64,000 nt of DNA from Pseudomonadota bacterium (lineage in GTDB: Bacteria > Pseudomonadota > Alphaproteobacteria > Sphingomonadales > SMXR01). The notes under the pieces are model-generated. The model was not told the DNA's origin, did not search any database, and worked only from the letters and a program-made list of their open reading frames with translations. Both the position numbers and the translations under genes were made by a program. Position 1 is the first letter of the stretch. Every line of letters starts with the position of its first letter. The DNA lies in NCBI GenBank assembly GCA_022574255.1, contig JACZSK010000006.1, positions 811 to 64,810 of the forward strand. Direction: 5' to 3'. Positions 1 through 8,466 of the stretch are shown piece after piece.

Positions 1-63
1 CGCCGATATTCCACACTGCCGCGCGAAGGCAAGCCGTGAGGCAATGGCCCCTCTGCCGGTATT

Positions 64-1221
64 TTACCTGACGGTTTCGTAGCCGCCGGGCACGCCATGC
101 TTTGACATGACGATCTGCCAGACCGACAGCTCGCGCACCGAAAAACTGGCGGCGACGCTCAGGAGATAATATTTCCACATGCGGTAAAAGAGATCCGGAT
201 CACCGGTGAAATTTTCCACCGCCGCCGCCTTGTCATCCTCTTCAGCCCAATAGTGATCAAAATTCTCGAACCAGCAGGTCAGGGTGCGGGCATAATCGAA
301 GCCGATATTATGCAGATCCTCGACCTGCAACACCCCCTCCATGGCGCCGCTGAGCTGGGTGATGGTGGGGAGCTGGTGGCCGGGGAAAATATACTTCTCG
401 AACCAGGAGGTGCGGTCCGGCCGCCGCGTCTTGTGCACCCCGATGGTGTGTAACAGGAACAATCCGTCGTCCTTCACCGCCCGCGCCGCAACCGACATAT
501 ATTCGCGGTAATTCTTTTCCCCCACCGCCTCGGCCATGGCCAGGGAGACAACGGCGTCGAAGCCGCCTTCGGTGGCGTAATTGTCGAACAGCCGGTAGTC
601 GCTTTCGATAATCTCAACCGGCAGTCCGGCGCAGCGCTCGCGGGCCAGCACCGCCTGCTCGTGGGCTATGGTAATGCCGGTCACCCGGACGCCATAATGC
701 TTGGCGGCATAATAAGAAAGGCTGCCCCAGCCGCAACCGATGTCCAGAAGGTGATCTCCCTCCTTCAGGCCCACCTTGCGGCAGATCAGGTCGAGCTTGG
801 CCAGTTGCGCGCTGTGCAGGTCGTCGGCGTCGCGCCAGTAAGCACAGGAATAAGCCATGCTGTCGTCCAGCATGGCGGTGAACATGCGGTTCGACAGGTT
901 ATAATGGGCGTTGGCCAGCTCCTGGGTCTGGGCGATGGTCTGGCGGTTGAAAAGTCGCACCTTCAGCGCCGTGGCAATGGTCGACAGGCCCGGCTTCACG
1001 CTGTTGCGCTGCCGCCAGCTCATAAGCTTTTCAAAGAATTGCTTCAGGTCCGGCGCGTCCCACCAGCCCGCCATATAGCTTTCGCCGAGGCCCAGGCCGC
1101 CGTGACCGATCACGCGCTCAAAGGTGCGCCGGTCATGGACCGTAATGTCCCACGCCTCACCCCCACCGACGGTAATTCCGGCCTTCGCCAGCAAGTCGGT
1201 AACGATTTTCTCTGCGCTCAA
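64..1221 (-). CDS. cfa: cyclopropane-fatty-acyl-phospholipid synthase family SAM methyltransferase
   Basis: 385-aa ORF. Cfa-type N-terminus (GLGESYMAGWWD) and SAM motif LLDIGCGWGSLSYYAAKHYG. TTG start at 1221 preceded by AGGAA. Confidence 0.85.
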   Translation of the reverse strand: MSAEKIVTDLLAKAGITVGGGEAWDITVHDRRTFERVIGHGGLGLGESYMAGWWDAPDLKQFFEKLMSWRQRNSVKPGLSTIATALKVRLFNRQTIAQTQELANAHYNLSNRMFTAMLDDSMAYSCAYWRDADDLHSAQLAKLDLICRKVGLKEGDHLLDIGCGWGSLSYYAAKHYGVRVTGITIAHEQAVLARERCAGLPVEIIESDYRLFDNYATEGGFDAVVSLAMAEAVGEKNYREYMSVAARAVKDDGLFLLHTIGVHKTRRPDRTSWFEKYIFPGHQLPTITQLSGAMEGVLQVEDLHNIGFDYARTLTCWFENFDHYWAEEDDKAAAVENFTGDPDLFYRMWKYYLLSVAASFSVRELSVWQIVMSKHGVPGGYETVR

Positions 1222-1404
1222 TTCCTGATACCCCTAGCTGGCCACACCGCGGCCCCCGCGACCAGCGATTCGCATCTCTTTTATCACCAGCGCGCCAGAA
1301 ACCAACAGCCCAAATGGCCCGGGAAAGGCGAAAACGCCGGCCAGTGATGTGGGCGGCAGGGTATGAAAATCTGCAACCGGCGGCGGCGCGACCCCAAACC
1401 GGCC

Positions 1405-1694
1405 AGGGTCCGGACTCAATTACCGGTGAGGGCTGTGCCCCCCTTTTCGAGGGCTAAGGCCCAGGGCCAAAATTGACCGGAGCAAGGAGAAAGTGGTGAG
1501 GAATAGTGATCTATCTGAAGCGCTTTTGACACTGTTCCGGTCAATTTGGGCGCGGTCCTTGGGGATTGGCCCGAAAAGCCCGGGCAAATACGTCGAATAT
1601 CCTCGTCGATACGCTGTATCGCCTGCGGTATTCTCCTGTTTTCCGGGCCTTTCGGAGCCAACACAGCGCCACCCGGTAATTGAGTCCAGACCCT
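1405..1694. mobile_element. MITE-like palindromic intergenic element, copy A (non-coding, ~290 bp)
   Basis: Terminal inverted repeats AGGGTCCGGACTCAATTACCGG (1405-1426) and CCGGTAATTGAGTCCAGACCCT (1673-1694), 21/22 complementary. Inner inverted repeat 1467-1480 / 1537-1550 (13/14). Termini resemble copy B at 61451-61718. No transposase. Confidence 0.45.
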
Positions 1695-2781
1695 AGGCTG
1701 GCGTTGCGGCATTCAGGCTTCTGAAGCCGACCATCTTGCGCTGGTCTTCGTCCCACAATGCCAGGCGCACGGACTTGAGGCTCTGGAAAAATGTCAGCCG
1801 GTTTATATTTTGCAGCGCGGGGCTGGCCTTGAGACATTCCTGCAGGCGATAGTTGGGAATCTTGCCACAGAGATGGTGGATGTGATGCAGGCCGATATTG
1901 CCGGTAAGCCAGTTCAGGAACCCCGGAAGCACATAGTAGGAACTGCCGAGAAGCGCTGCGACCTGAAAGTCATAGTCCTTCCCTGATCTCCAGAACGTAT
2001 TTTCGAACTGGTGCTGGATGAAAAACATCCAGCCGCCAATCCATGCGGCGACGACCACGATGGGCAAATAGACGATCAGCAGCGACTCATAACCGAGGAA
2101 AAACGCCGCGCCACCGTAAAGGGCCAGGGCCGCCAAATTCAGGGAAATAATGCTGCGCCAGGCCCGCCGGGTCAGGAAAGACCGGCCAAAAGGCAGCCGC
2201 TGGCGCAGGATAAACTGATAAGGCGCCCCGACCAGCAACTGTACAACGGGATGCCGGTAAAGGCGATAAGCGGCGCGGCCGAACCTGGACAATGTCAGGT
2301 ATTCGACCACCGTCAGCGTATTGATGTCGCCGACGCCGCGGCGGTCGAGATTACCCGACGTGGCATGGTGAACGGCATGGGCCTGGCGCCAGACCGAATA
2401 GGGCGTGAGCGTCACAAGACTGATCGCCCGGCCCAGCATGTCGTTGGCGGCACGAGAGCGGAAGAATGAGCCGTGACCGCAATCGTGCTGGATAATAAAA
2501 AGCCTGACCAGAAACGCGCCGGCTGGCAGCGTCAAGAGGGCCGATATCCAGTAATATTCATAGGCGACGCTGACCAGCATCGCCGCCGCCAGCCCAGCGA
2601 AAAGAACCGACGTTGTGACCAGCTGGGTTATGCTACGTTTCAGATCAGGAACCCTGTAGGCCCGGCAATGGGCGGCCAGCCGCCGGGCCAGTTGCTTCAA
2701 CTCAGCCAAATCGTCGGGCAAGGATTGGCGATTCGCATTACCGCGATCCGTCTCAAGCGACCCGTCTTTTCCAGTGGTCAT
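1693..2781 (-). CDS. membrane fatty acid desaturase (three histidine boxes)
   Basis: His boxes HDCGHGSFF, HAVHHATSGN and HHIHHL, with multiple hydrophobic segments. ATG at 2781 preceded by GAAGGGG; the ORF track starts at GTG 2787. Confidence 0.85.
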   Translation of the reverse strand: MTTGKDGSLETDRGNANRQSLPDDLAELKQLARRLAAHCRAYRVPDLKRSITQLVTTSVLFAGLAAAMLVSVAYEYYWISALLTLPAGAFLVRLFIIQHDCGHGSFFRSRAANDMLGRAISLVTLTPYSVWRQAHAVHHATSGNLDRRGVGDINTLTVVEYLTLSRFGRAAYRLYRHPVVQLLVGAPYQFILRQRLPFGRSFLTRRAWRSIISLNLAALALYGGAAFFLGYESLLIVYLPIVVVAAWIGGWMFFIQHQFENTFWRSGKDYDFQVAALLGSSYYVLPGFLNWLTGNIGLHHIHHLCGKIPNYRLQECLKASPALQNINRLTFFQSLKSVRLALWDEDQRKMVGFRSLNAATPA

Positions 2782-3001
2782 AACCACCCCTTCTACAAAA
2801 AATAAGCCGGCACACTCATAAACCGGAGGACTGCGGCCAGTTCAGGAGGCCGATTGCAACAGTTCCACAATGCCGGCAGGAAAGTTAATGGGCCGTGATG
2901 CGACCTTCAATATTCTGCCGACTATAATGCAACAAATGCACCACACATGTAAATCACGCAGTTTGAAAAACAAGCGCTCTGTGGGGTTTTTTTGCGGTTT
3001 A

Positions 3002-3100
3002 TTAACTGTCTTCAACGGCCCCCGTCGGGCGGTAGAGGGTGCCGAACAGCCAGTCGCCGATTGGATAGGCCATAATGAATTGGCCTGCCTTGGAGCGAGG
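3002..3100 (-). pseudogene. relic 3' end (about 32 codons plus stop) of a fatty acid hydroxylase paralog
   Basis: Minus-strand translation gives PRSKAGQFIMAYPIGDWLFGTLYRPTGAVEDS*, which parallels the C-terminus of the intact hydroxylase (SKYNFNITYPIGDWLFGTLYRPPASHG*). No upstream coding body; it abuts the methyltransferase stop codon. Confidence 0.55.
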
Positions 3101-3109
3101 CTCGCTTTT

Positions 3110-4141
3110 TCAAAAAACAAATGTTCCCCGCGTCAATTCTCTCGCCCCATCTGACCGCGCCCTTCTTCCAACAATTTTTGAAGCGCGGATCGCAATATCT
3201 TCAGGATCTTTTGATTTGAATCTGTCGGCGAGATCAAAACCCTTTAATTTTTCCAAATCGGCGCTGCGCATGCAGCTTTCCACATGAACACAGGTCATGC
3301 CGGAAATATTTATGATGTCCAAAAAGTCCGATTCCCGTAGCCTGTTTTGGCTGTTCAGTTTTCCAGAAAGAAACCAATCAAAAACAAAATCGCTGTACCT
3401 CAGGTAGTTTAACCCCCAAAGCCCCTGATCCACATGATCCAGGGAATTAATGTCTTTTTGGTCGGTGCGATGAAAGAATACCGCATCCTCAGTCATCAAA
3501 GATGTCCCTACAAGTGACATAAGTTGCTCGAGATGCTTGGTCGGTATTCTGTGAATCACGGATTCCGAGAAAAACAGATCGATGGAGCCATGTTCGATGG
3601 GAAGGCGTCCATATCCCGAAGAATGCTCGACCAGGTAGCTTACGTTCATGAAGGCGAGCAGATCGTCCAGCGTTTCAAAGTTATTTTCTGCACTGAGCAG
3701 CGCTTTTAACCTGTCTTCGCTGAACTTCAGCGCCCTAAGTCGCCGCAGACATTCCGGGTTCTGAAAATGGGGAATTTGAGAAAGCAGGGGCGCCAGAGTC
3801 AGGTTCTGGTTCTGGTCCAGAGTGGTGATCTTTTCCGCGCCCAATACGAAAAAAAGAAGCAAGTCTATTCCGTGCCAGCCAGACCCGACTTCCAGCACCC
3901 TCTTGCCCGCCAGTTCAAATCCCGTATGGCGGTGGAGAAGCTCTATATTCTCTATCCCCTTTAGAATTCTCTCTTTCGAGTCGAGCCGTTCCGATACGCC
4001 ACCACGAACCAGATTTACGAGGACTTCATTTGCTTTGAAACCCAGCCTGCCCGGCAACAGCCCAATTATATTTTGAAACAATACTTTAACGCGCCAGTCT
4101 CGAGCAGCAGCCCTGATCGGTCTAAAAAAACGGCTAGCCAT
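3110..4141 (-). CDS. class I SAM-dependent methyltransferase, substrate unknown
   Basis: 343-aa ORF with motif I VLEVGSGWHG followed by an acidic post-I residue (TTLD). The gene and its flanks are AT-richer by eye than neighbouring genes. Confidence 0.6.
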   Translation of the reverse strand: MASRFFRPIRAAARDWRVKVLFQNIIGLLPGRLGFKANEVLVNLVRGGVSERLDSKERILKGIENIELLHRHTGFELAGKRVLEVGSGWHGIDLLLFFVLGAEKITTLDQNQNLTLAPLLSQIPHFQNPECLRRLRALKFSEDRLKALLSAENNFETLDDLLAFMNVSYLVEHSSGYGRLPIEHGSIDLFFSESVIHRIPTKHLEQLMSLVGTSLMTEDAVFFHRTDQKDINSLDHVDQGLWGLNYLRYSDFVFDWFLSGKLNSQNRLRESDFLDIINISGMTCVHVESCMRSADLEKLKGFDLADRFKSKDPEDIAIRASKIVGRRARSDGARELTRGTFVF

Positions 4142-4294
4142 GCTTACCTTCGATCATTTCGGGGTGCAGCGTAAATGCGCAAATTATATCTGGTCGGATT
4201 GTTTGTCCAGTTCATACGACTATCAGTCTGCCACAGGCAAAATTGATGTCGATGACAGTATAATCCTGTGCTTCGCCCCGGGGACCGACAGAGC

Positions 4295-5005
4295 TTATCC
4301 ATGGCTTGCGGGCGGGCGATAAAGGGTGCCAAACAGCCAGTCGCCGATGGGATAGGTAATATTGAAATTGTATTTGCTCATCAATGCCGGTTGATGATGG
4401 CGAAGGTGCAGGAGCCGCAAGGTCTTCAACAGGCTAAACCGCAACAACGGATGATCCAGCCTCAAGTGATAGGCGAAATGCAGCAGCTCGTAATTGAGAA
4501 AATATGCCAGGCTGGTGAGCACGAAAAGATAGGCCGTGTTGGGTGACGCAAGGGCCCCCAGCGCCAACCCCACGGGCAAGGCGAAAACAGCGGTGAAAAA
4601 AATTACCAGGACCGGCGGAAACAGAACCGCGTGAAAGTCGGCGCTGCTGTCGAAGGCCATCTCCTGATTGGTGAAGAAACGGTGGTGGCGGCGGCTGTGG
4701 CGCTCGTATATGCCCTTCAGCCCCTTTGTCGGGTGATGCATCGGCCCCCTGTGACCAAAATATTCAACCAGGTTTGAATAAAGAAACGTCAGCGGTATGG
4801 CCGCCATCTCCCAGGCAGTCACCGACGCCAACTGTGCCGCGCACCAGGCTATGACCCCCGCCGAGACCAGGAAAGTGAAGGCGAAATGCGCCGGGCCAAA
4901 ATATCGCCGCCCGATGTAGCGCTTGCGATATGCTTCCCGGTAGCTTGCGGTTGTCTGATCCATCTGATCACCAATCATCATCCAGGTCTGGCTTTTCCCT
5001 GGCAT
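4295..5005 (-). CDS. fatty acid hydroxylase superfamily membrane protein
   Basis: 236-aa ORF with histidine clusters HRGPMHH, HSRRHHRFF, HFAYH and HLRHHQ, plus hydrophobic helices. Confidence 0.7.
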   Translation of the reverse strand: MPGKSQTWMMIGDQMDQTTASYREAYRKRYIGRRYFGPAHFAFTFLVSAGVIAWCAAQLASVTAWEMAAIPLTFLYSNLVEYFGHRGPMHHPTKGLKGIYERHSRRHHRFFTNQEMAFDSSADFHAVLFPPVLVIFFTAVFALPVGLALGALASPNTAYLFVLTSLAYFLNYELLHFAYHLRLDHPLLRFSLLKTLRLLHLRHHQPALMSKYNFNITYPIGDWLFGTLYRPPASHG

Positions 5006-5068
5006 GCTAACTTCTGCTAGGCTGCCGGGAAACCGGAAAAAAGGGTATAGTGCCGGTCGGGGTGAAAA

Positions 5069-5713
5069 ATGAAGGCATTTGGGAATATGGCGGACAAGGA
5101 GCGGCTGCCGCTGCTGCTGGTGGCGGCGTTCCTGCTGGCGCTTGCGATCTCATACATCAACCCGCACGACCGCTTTACCTGGTGGCTGGAAGCTCTGCCC
5201 GCGATTGTAGCCGCGGCGCTTTTGGCGCAAACCTACAGGCGTTTCCGCTTCAGCGATCTGGCTTATATGCTGATTTTCATTCATGCGCTTATCCTGCTGG
5301 TCGGCGCCCATTATACCTATGCTCAAGTACCGGCGTTCAACTGGCTGCGCGATGCGCTGGATTTGAGCCGCAATCACTATGACCGGGTCGGCCATTTCGC
5401 CCAGGGATTCGTGCCGGCCATCGTCGCCCGCGAATTGCTGTTGCGCACATCGGCGATGCGGCGCGGCAAATGGCTGTTCGCGGTTGTTGTCCTGTCCTGC
5501 ACTGGCATAAGCGCCATCTATGAGTTGATCGAATGGGTCACCTCAGCCGCCACCGGCGAGGCCGCGGACGCTTTCCTGGGAAGCCAGGGCGACGTCTGGG
5601 ACACCCAGAAAGACATGGCTCTGGCACTGGTTGGGGCTATTGCCGCCCTGCTGCTGCTGGCCCGCAAACACGACAAGAGCATGGTCGCCTCGGCAGGGGG
5701 GGCAGCATTATGA
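5069..5713 (+). CDS. DUF2238 (YjdF-like) inner membrane protein
   Basis: 214-aa multi-pass protein whose pattern (NPHDRFTWWLE ... NHYDRVGHFAQGF) is recalled from the DUF2238 family. Its stop overlaps the next start (ATGA at 5710-5713). Confidence 0.6.
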   Translation: MKAFGNMADKERLPLLLVAAFLLALAISYINPHDRFTWWLEALPAIVAAALLAQTYRRFRFSDLAYMLIFIHALILLVGAHYTYAQVPAFNWLRDALDLSRNHYDRVGHFAQGFVPAIVARELLLRTSAMRRGKWLFAVVVLSCTGISAIYELIEWVTSAATGEAADAFLGSQGDVWDTQKDMALALVGAIAALLLLARKHDKSMVASAGGAAL

Positions 5714-6450
5714 GAGGCGTATTTTTCCGGCTGTTCTTTATCGTCACCCTGTCGGTATGGCTGACCCTGTTGATGCCCTTGCTGCTGGCGCGCACCATCA
5801 ACCCGGTTTATTTCAATGTGCGCCGCTATGCCTGGTTTCTGTTCGGCGCGATGGATCGGATTTTCGGTGTTGAAGTCGAGTTTCGCGGCCTTGAGAATCT
5901 TCCCCGGGACAGCGCCTATATATACACCTCCCGTCATGAAAGCACCCTGGACGCGCTGACGCTGTGGGCCAATCTGCCGCCCTTTACGGCGCTGGTAAAA
6001 CAGGAATTATTCTGGGTCCCCGTGCTCGGAAACATCCTCCGGAAACAGCGGCTTTTTTCGATCAACCGGTCCGCCGGCACCGCCCATGAAGAGATGCCCC
6101 GCGTGGTCGAAGCGGTAATCGCCAGGAAAATTCCGCTGGTGGTCTTTCCCGAAGGCACCCGCGCCAGACCGGGCCGGACCGTCAAGCTGAGAAGCGGCGC
6201 TTATTATCTTCAGGCCGACGCTGATATTCCGGTCATTACCGTGGCCACCAATTCCGGCTATTTCTGGCCGGTCAAGGGATTGGGCCTGCCCCGCGGCAAG
6301 GTAGTCTATGAAATTCACGCGCCCATGCCACGGCATTTGGACAAAGAGGCCTTTATGGCCGAGCTGAAGCGGCGCATTGTCGACCGAAGCGAGGAGCTGC
6401 GGGCCGAAGCGGAAGCCGAGACTGCCGCCTTGGCAGAATCAGAAAGCTAG
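5710..6450 (+). CDS. PlsC-family lysophospholipid acyltransferase
   Basis: HX4D motif (RHESTLD) and FPEGTR motif, with an N-terminal TM helix. Start taken at the internal ATG 5710; the 5533 start in the ORF track would overlap the upstream gene. Confidence 0.8.
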   Translation: MRGVFFRLFFIVTLSVWLTLLMPLLLARTINPVYFNVRRYAWFLFGAMDRIFGVEVEFRGLENLPRDSAYIYTSRHESTLDALTLWANLPPFTALVKQELFWVPVLGNILRKQRLFSINRSAGTAHEEMPRVVEAVIARKIPLVVFPEGTRARPGRTVKLRSGAYYLQADADIPVITVATNSGYFWPVKGLGLPRGKVVYEIHAPMPRHLDKEAFMAELKRRIVDRSEELRAEAEAETAALAESES

Positions 6451-6453
6451 GCT

Positions 6454-6467
6454 AGGGTCCGGACCCT
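6454..6467. repeat. perfect 14-bp palindrome AGGGTCCGGACCCT, matching fused outer termini of MITE-like copy A
   Basis: Read directly from the sequence, 3 nt after the plsC-like TAG stop. The outer 7 nt on each side match the ends of the copy A inverted repeats. Confidence 0.5.
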
Positions 6468-6578
6468 GGACAGTCCGCTGGGGCGCTCCCATATGTCATT
6501 CTCGCTTTGCGGCGCGTGCAATCGGCGCTTATGATGGCGTGGCGGGCGCTGCTGGTGATAAGATTCGTGGGTGACGGG

Positions 6579-7451
6579 ATGGGAATGCAAAATAAAGTGG
6601 AAAAGGTGGAGCAAAAGGGCGGGCAAAAAAGCCTGGAGGAGGTGGCGGCGGAATTGGCGGCGCGCCACGCCAGCTATGGCGATGCCCCGCCCATTACCAT
6701 CAAGGATGCGGGCGCATTTCTGGAGCGCGTGGTAGGCGTTCTGTTTCCGCATTATTCCGGCATCGCGCTGGCTGACACCGAAGCCGTGGAACAGGCCCTG
6801 GCGCGCGTAAAACAGGAGCTGCTGGCCTTTCTCGGCTGCACCACCGGCGATACGGACAGCAAATGCGGCGAAATCGCCGATGCTTTCATTTCCCAACTGC
6901 CGGAGATTTCCGATGCGGTCCGCCTGGACGCCGAGGCGCTTCTGGAAGGCGACCCCGCCGCCGCTTCATTGTCCGAAATTATCGTGGCCTATCCGGGATG
7001 CTATGCCATCGCCGCATACCGTATTGCCCATTCGCTGTACGAAGCGAAAATACCGCTGTTTCCCCGGCTCATTTCAGAATATGCCCACCGCGTTACGGGC
7101 ATCGATATCAACCCCGGGGCAACCATCGGCAAATCCTTTTTCGTCGATCATGGAACCGCGATTGTTATCGGCGAGACCGCGATCATCGGCGACAACGTCA
7201 AGATTTACCAGGGCGTTACGCTGGGGGCGCTTAAGGTCGGTGCGGAATATCGCGGCAAGAAGCGCCATCCGACTGTGGAGGACAATGTGGTCATCTACGC
7301 CAATGCCACCATTCTGGGCGGTGAGACCGTGATCGGCCATGATTCGATCATCGGCGGGAACGTCTGGCTGACGCAGAGCGTGCTGCCCTATTCACGGGTC
7401 ATGTATCGCTCGTCCGACAGTTCGGAGAGCGGTCTGGACTGGGATATCTAG
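6579..7451 (+). CDS. cysE: serine O-acetyltransferase (long, EpsC-like form)
   Basis: Hexapeptide-repeat C-terminal half (GIDINPGATIG..FVDHGTAIVIGETAIIGDNVKIYQGVTLGA). Start uncertain; candidates are 6507 TTG, 6531, 6579 and 6585. Confidence 0.85.
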   Translation: MGMQNKVEKVEQKGGQKSLEEVAAELAARHASYGDAPPITIKDAGAFLERVVGVLFPHYSGIALADTEAVEQALARVKQELLAFLGCTTGDTDSKCGEIADAFISQLPEISDAVRLDAEALLEGDPAAASLSEIIVAYPGCYAIAAYRIAHSLYEAKIPLFPRLISEYAHRVTGIDINPGATIGKSFFVDHGTAIVIGETAIIGDNVKIYQGVTLGALKVGAEYRGKKRHPTVEDNVVIYANATILGGETVIGHDSIIGGNVWLTQSVLPYSRVMYRSSDSSESGLDWDI

Positions 7452-7508
7452 AGAACAGAGCTTTTTGTTTGCAATTGAACAGTATTTTTCAGACTCAAGG
7501 GAGGTCAC

Positions 7509-8429
7509 ATGAGAGCCGAGACAATTCTGGAAACCATCGGCCGCACACCGCATCTGCGCATGCAGCGCCTGTTCGGACCGGAAACCGAGGTATGGATCAA
7601 GCAGGAACGCAACAATCCCTGCGGCAGCATCAAGGACCGCATCGCTCTCTCGATGGTCACCGATGCCGAGGAAAAGGGCCTGTTGAAAGAGGGCGGCGTG
7701 ATTATCGAGCCAACCTCGGGCAACACCGGCATTGGGCTGGCCATGGTGGCGGCGGTAAAGGGATATAAACTGATCCTGGTGATGCCCGATTCCATGTCGG
7801 TCGAGCGGCGCAGGCTGATTCTCGCTTTCGGTGCCGATTTCGTGCTCACGCCCAAGGCAAACGGCATGCCGGGCGCGATGGAGCGCGCCAAGGAGCTGAT
7901 GGCGGAAACGCCGGGCGCATGGATGCCGTCGCAGTTCGACAACCCGGCAAATATTGCGGTGCACCGCGATTTTACGGCGCAGGAAATTCTCGATGATTTT
8001 CCCGAGGGGCTGGATTACCTGATCACCGGGGTCGGCACCGGCGGCCATATTACCGGCTGCGCACAGACGCTGAAGAAAGCCTGGCCGGACCTGAAGGTCT
8101 TTGCCGTCGAGCCGGAAGCATCCCCGGTTATCAGCGGCGGCGCGCCCGGGCCCCATCCCATTCAGGGGATAGGCGGCGGCTTTATTCCGGTCAACCTGGA
8201 TGTGGATATCCTCGACGGCACCATCACCGTCGGCCATGTGGAATCAATGGACTATGCGCGCCGCGCCGCCACCGAAGAAGGCATGCTGATCGGCATTTCG
8301 TCGGGCGCAACGCTGGCTGCCATCGCCAAGAAAATTCCCGACATGCCCGCGGGCAGCCGGGTGATGGGCTTTAATTACGATTCCGGCGAGCGTTATTTGT
8401 CGGTGCCGGACTTCCTGCCAACCGAATGA
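7509..8429 (+). CDS. cysK: cysteine synthase A (O-acetylserine sulfhydrylase)
   Basis: 306 aa with the PLP lysine motif NPCGSIKDR and the glycine loop [10 protein letters not shown]. Confidence 0.9.
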   Translation: MRAETILETIGRTPHLRMQRLFGPETEVWIKQERNNPCGSIKDRIALSMVTDAEEKGLLKEGGVIIEPTSGNTGIGLAMVAAVKGYKLILVMPDSMSVERRRLILAFGADFVLTPKANGMPGAMERAKELMAETPGAWMPSQFDNPANIAVHRDFTAQEILDDFPEGLDYLITGVGTGGHITGCAQTLKKAWPDLKVFAVEPEASPVISGGAPGPHPIQGIGGGFIPVNLDVDILDGTITVGHVESMDYARRAATEEGMLIGISSGATLAAIAKKIPDMPAGSRVMGFNYDSGERYLSVPDFLPTE

Positions 8430-8466
8430 TTGCGAAATGATCGCGGCATAAAGAGCGGCCGGTTGG

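Noticed and set aside
1234-1837. Several 60-100-aa ORFs across the cfa-desaturase spacer
   Set aside because: They lie inside or across the palindromic MITE-like element and overlap one another on both strands. They have no coding signature.
2842-3154. 92-aa and 94-aa ORFs in the gap between the desaturase and the methyltransferase
   Set aside because: They overlap each other on opposite strands and overlap the hydroxylase relic in wrong frames. There is no RBS or domain support.
64-6450. Furan fatty acid pathway (UfaM/UfaD/UfaO-type) as the function of the lipid cluster
   Set aside because: As I recall that pathway, it uses an FAD-dependent desaturase and a DUF1365-type protein. Neither type is present here. 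The desaturase and hydroxylase here are di-iron His-box membrane enzymes.
6451-6578. Riboswitch or leader structure upstream of cysE (also considered upstream of sat at 22770-22873)
   Set aside because: I could not recognise any conserved core of a known riboswitch class (SAM-II, SAM-V, etc.) in these leaders.
7392-8237. 281-aa ORF on the - strand
   Set aside because: It is antisense to cysK.
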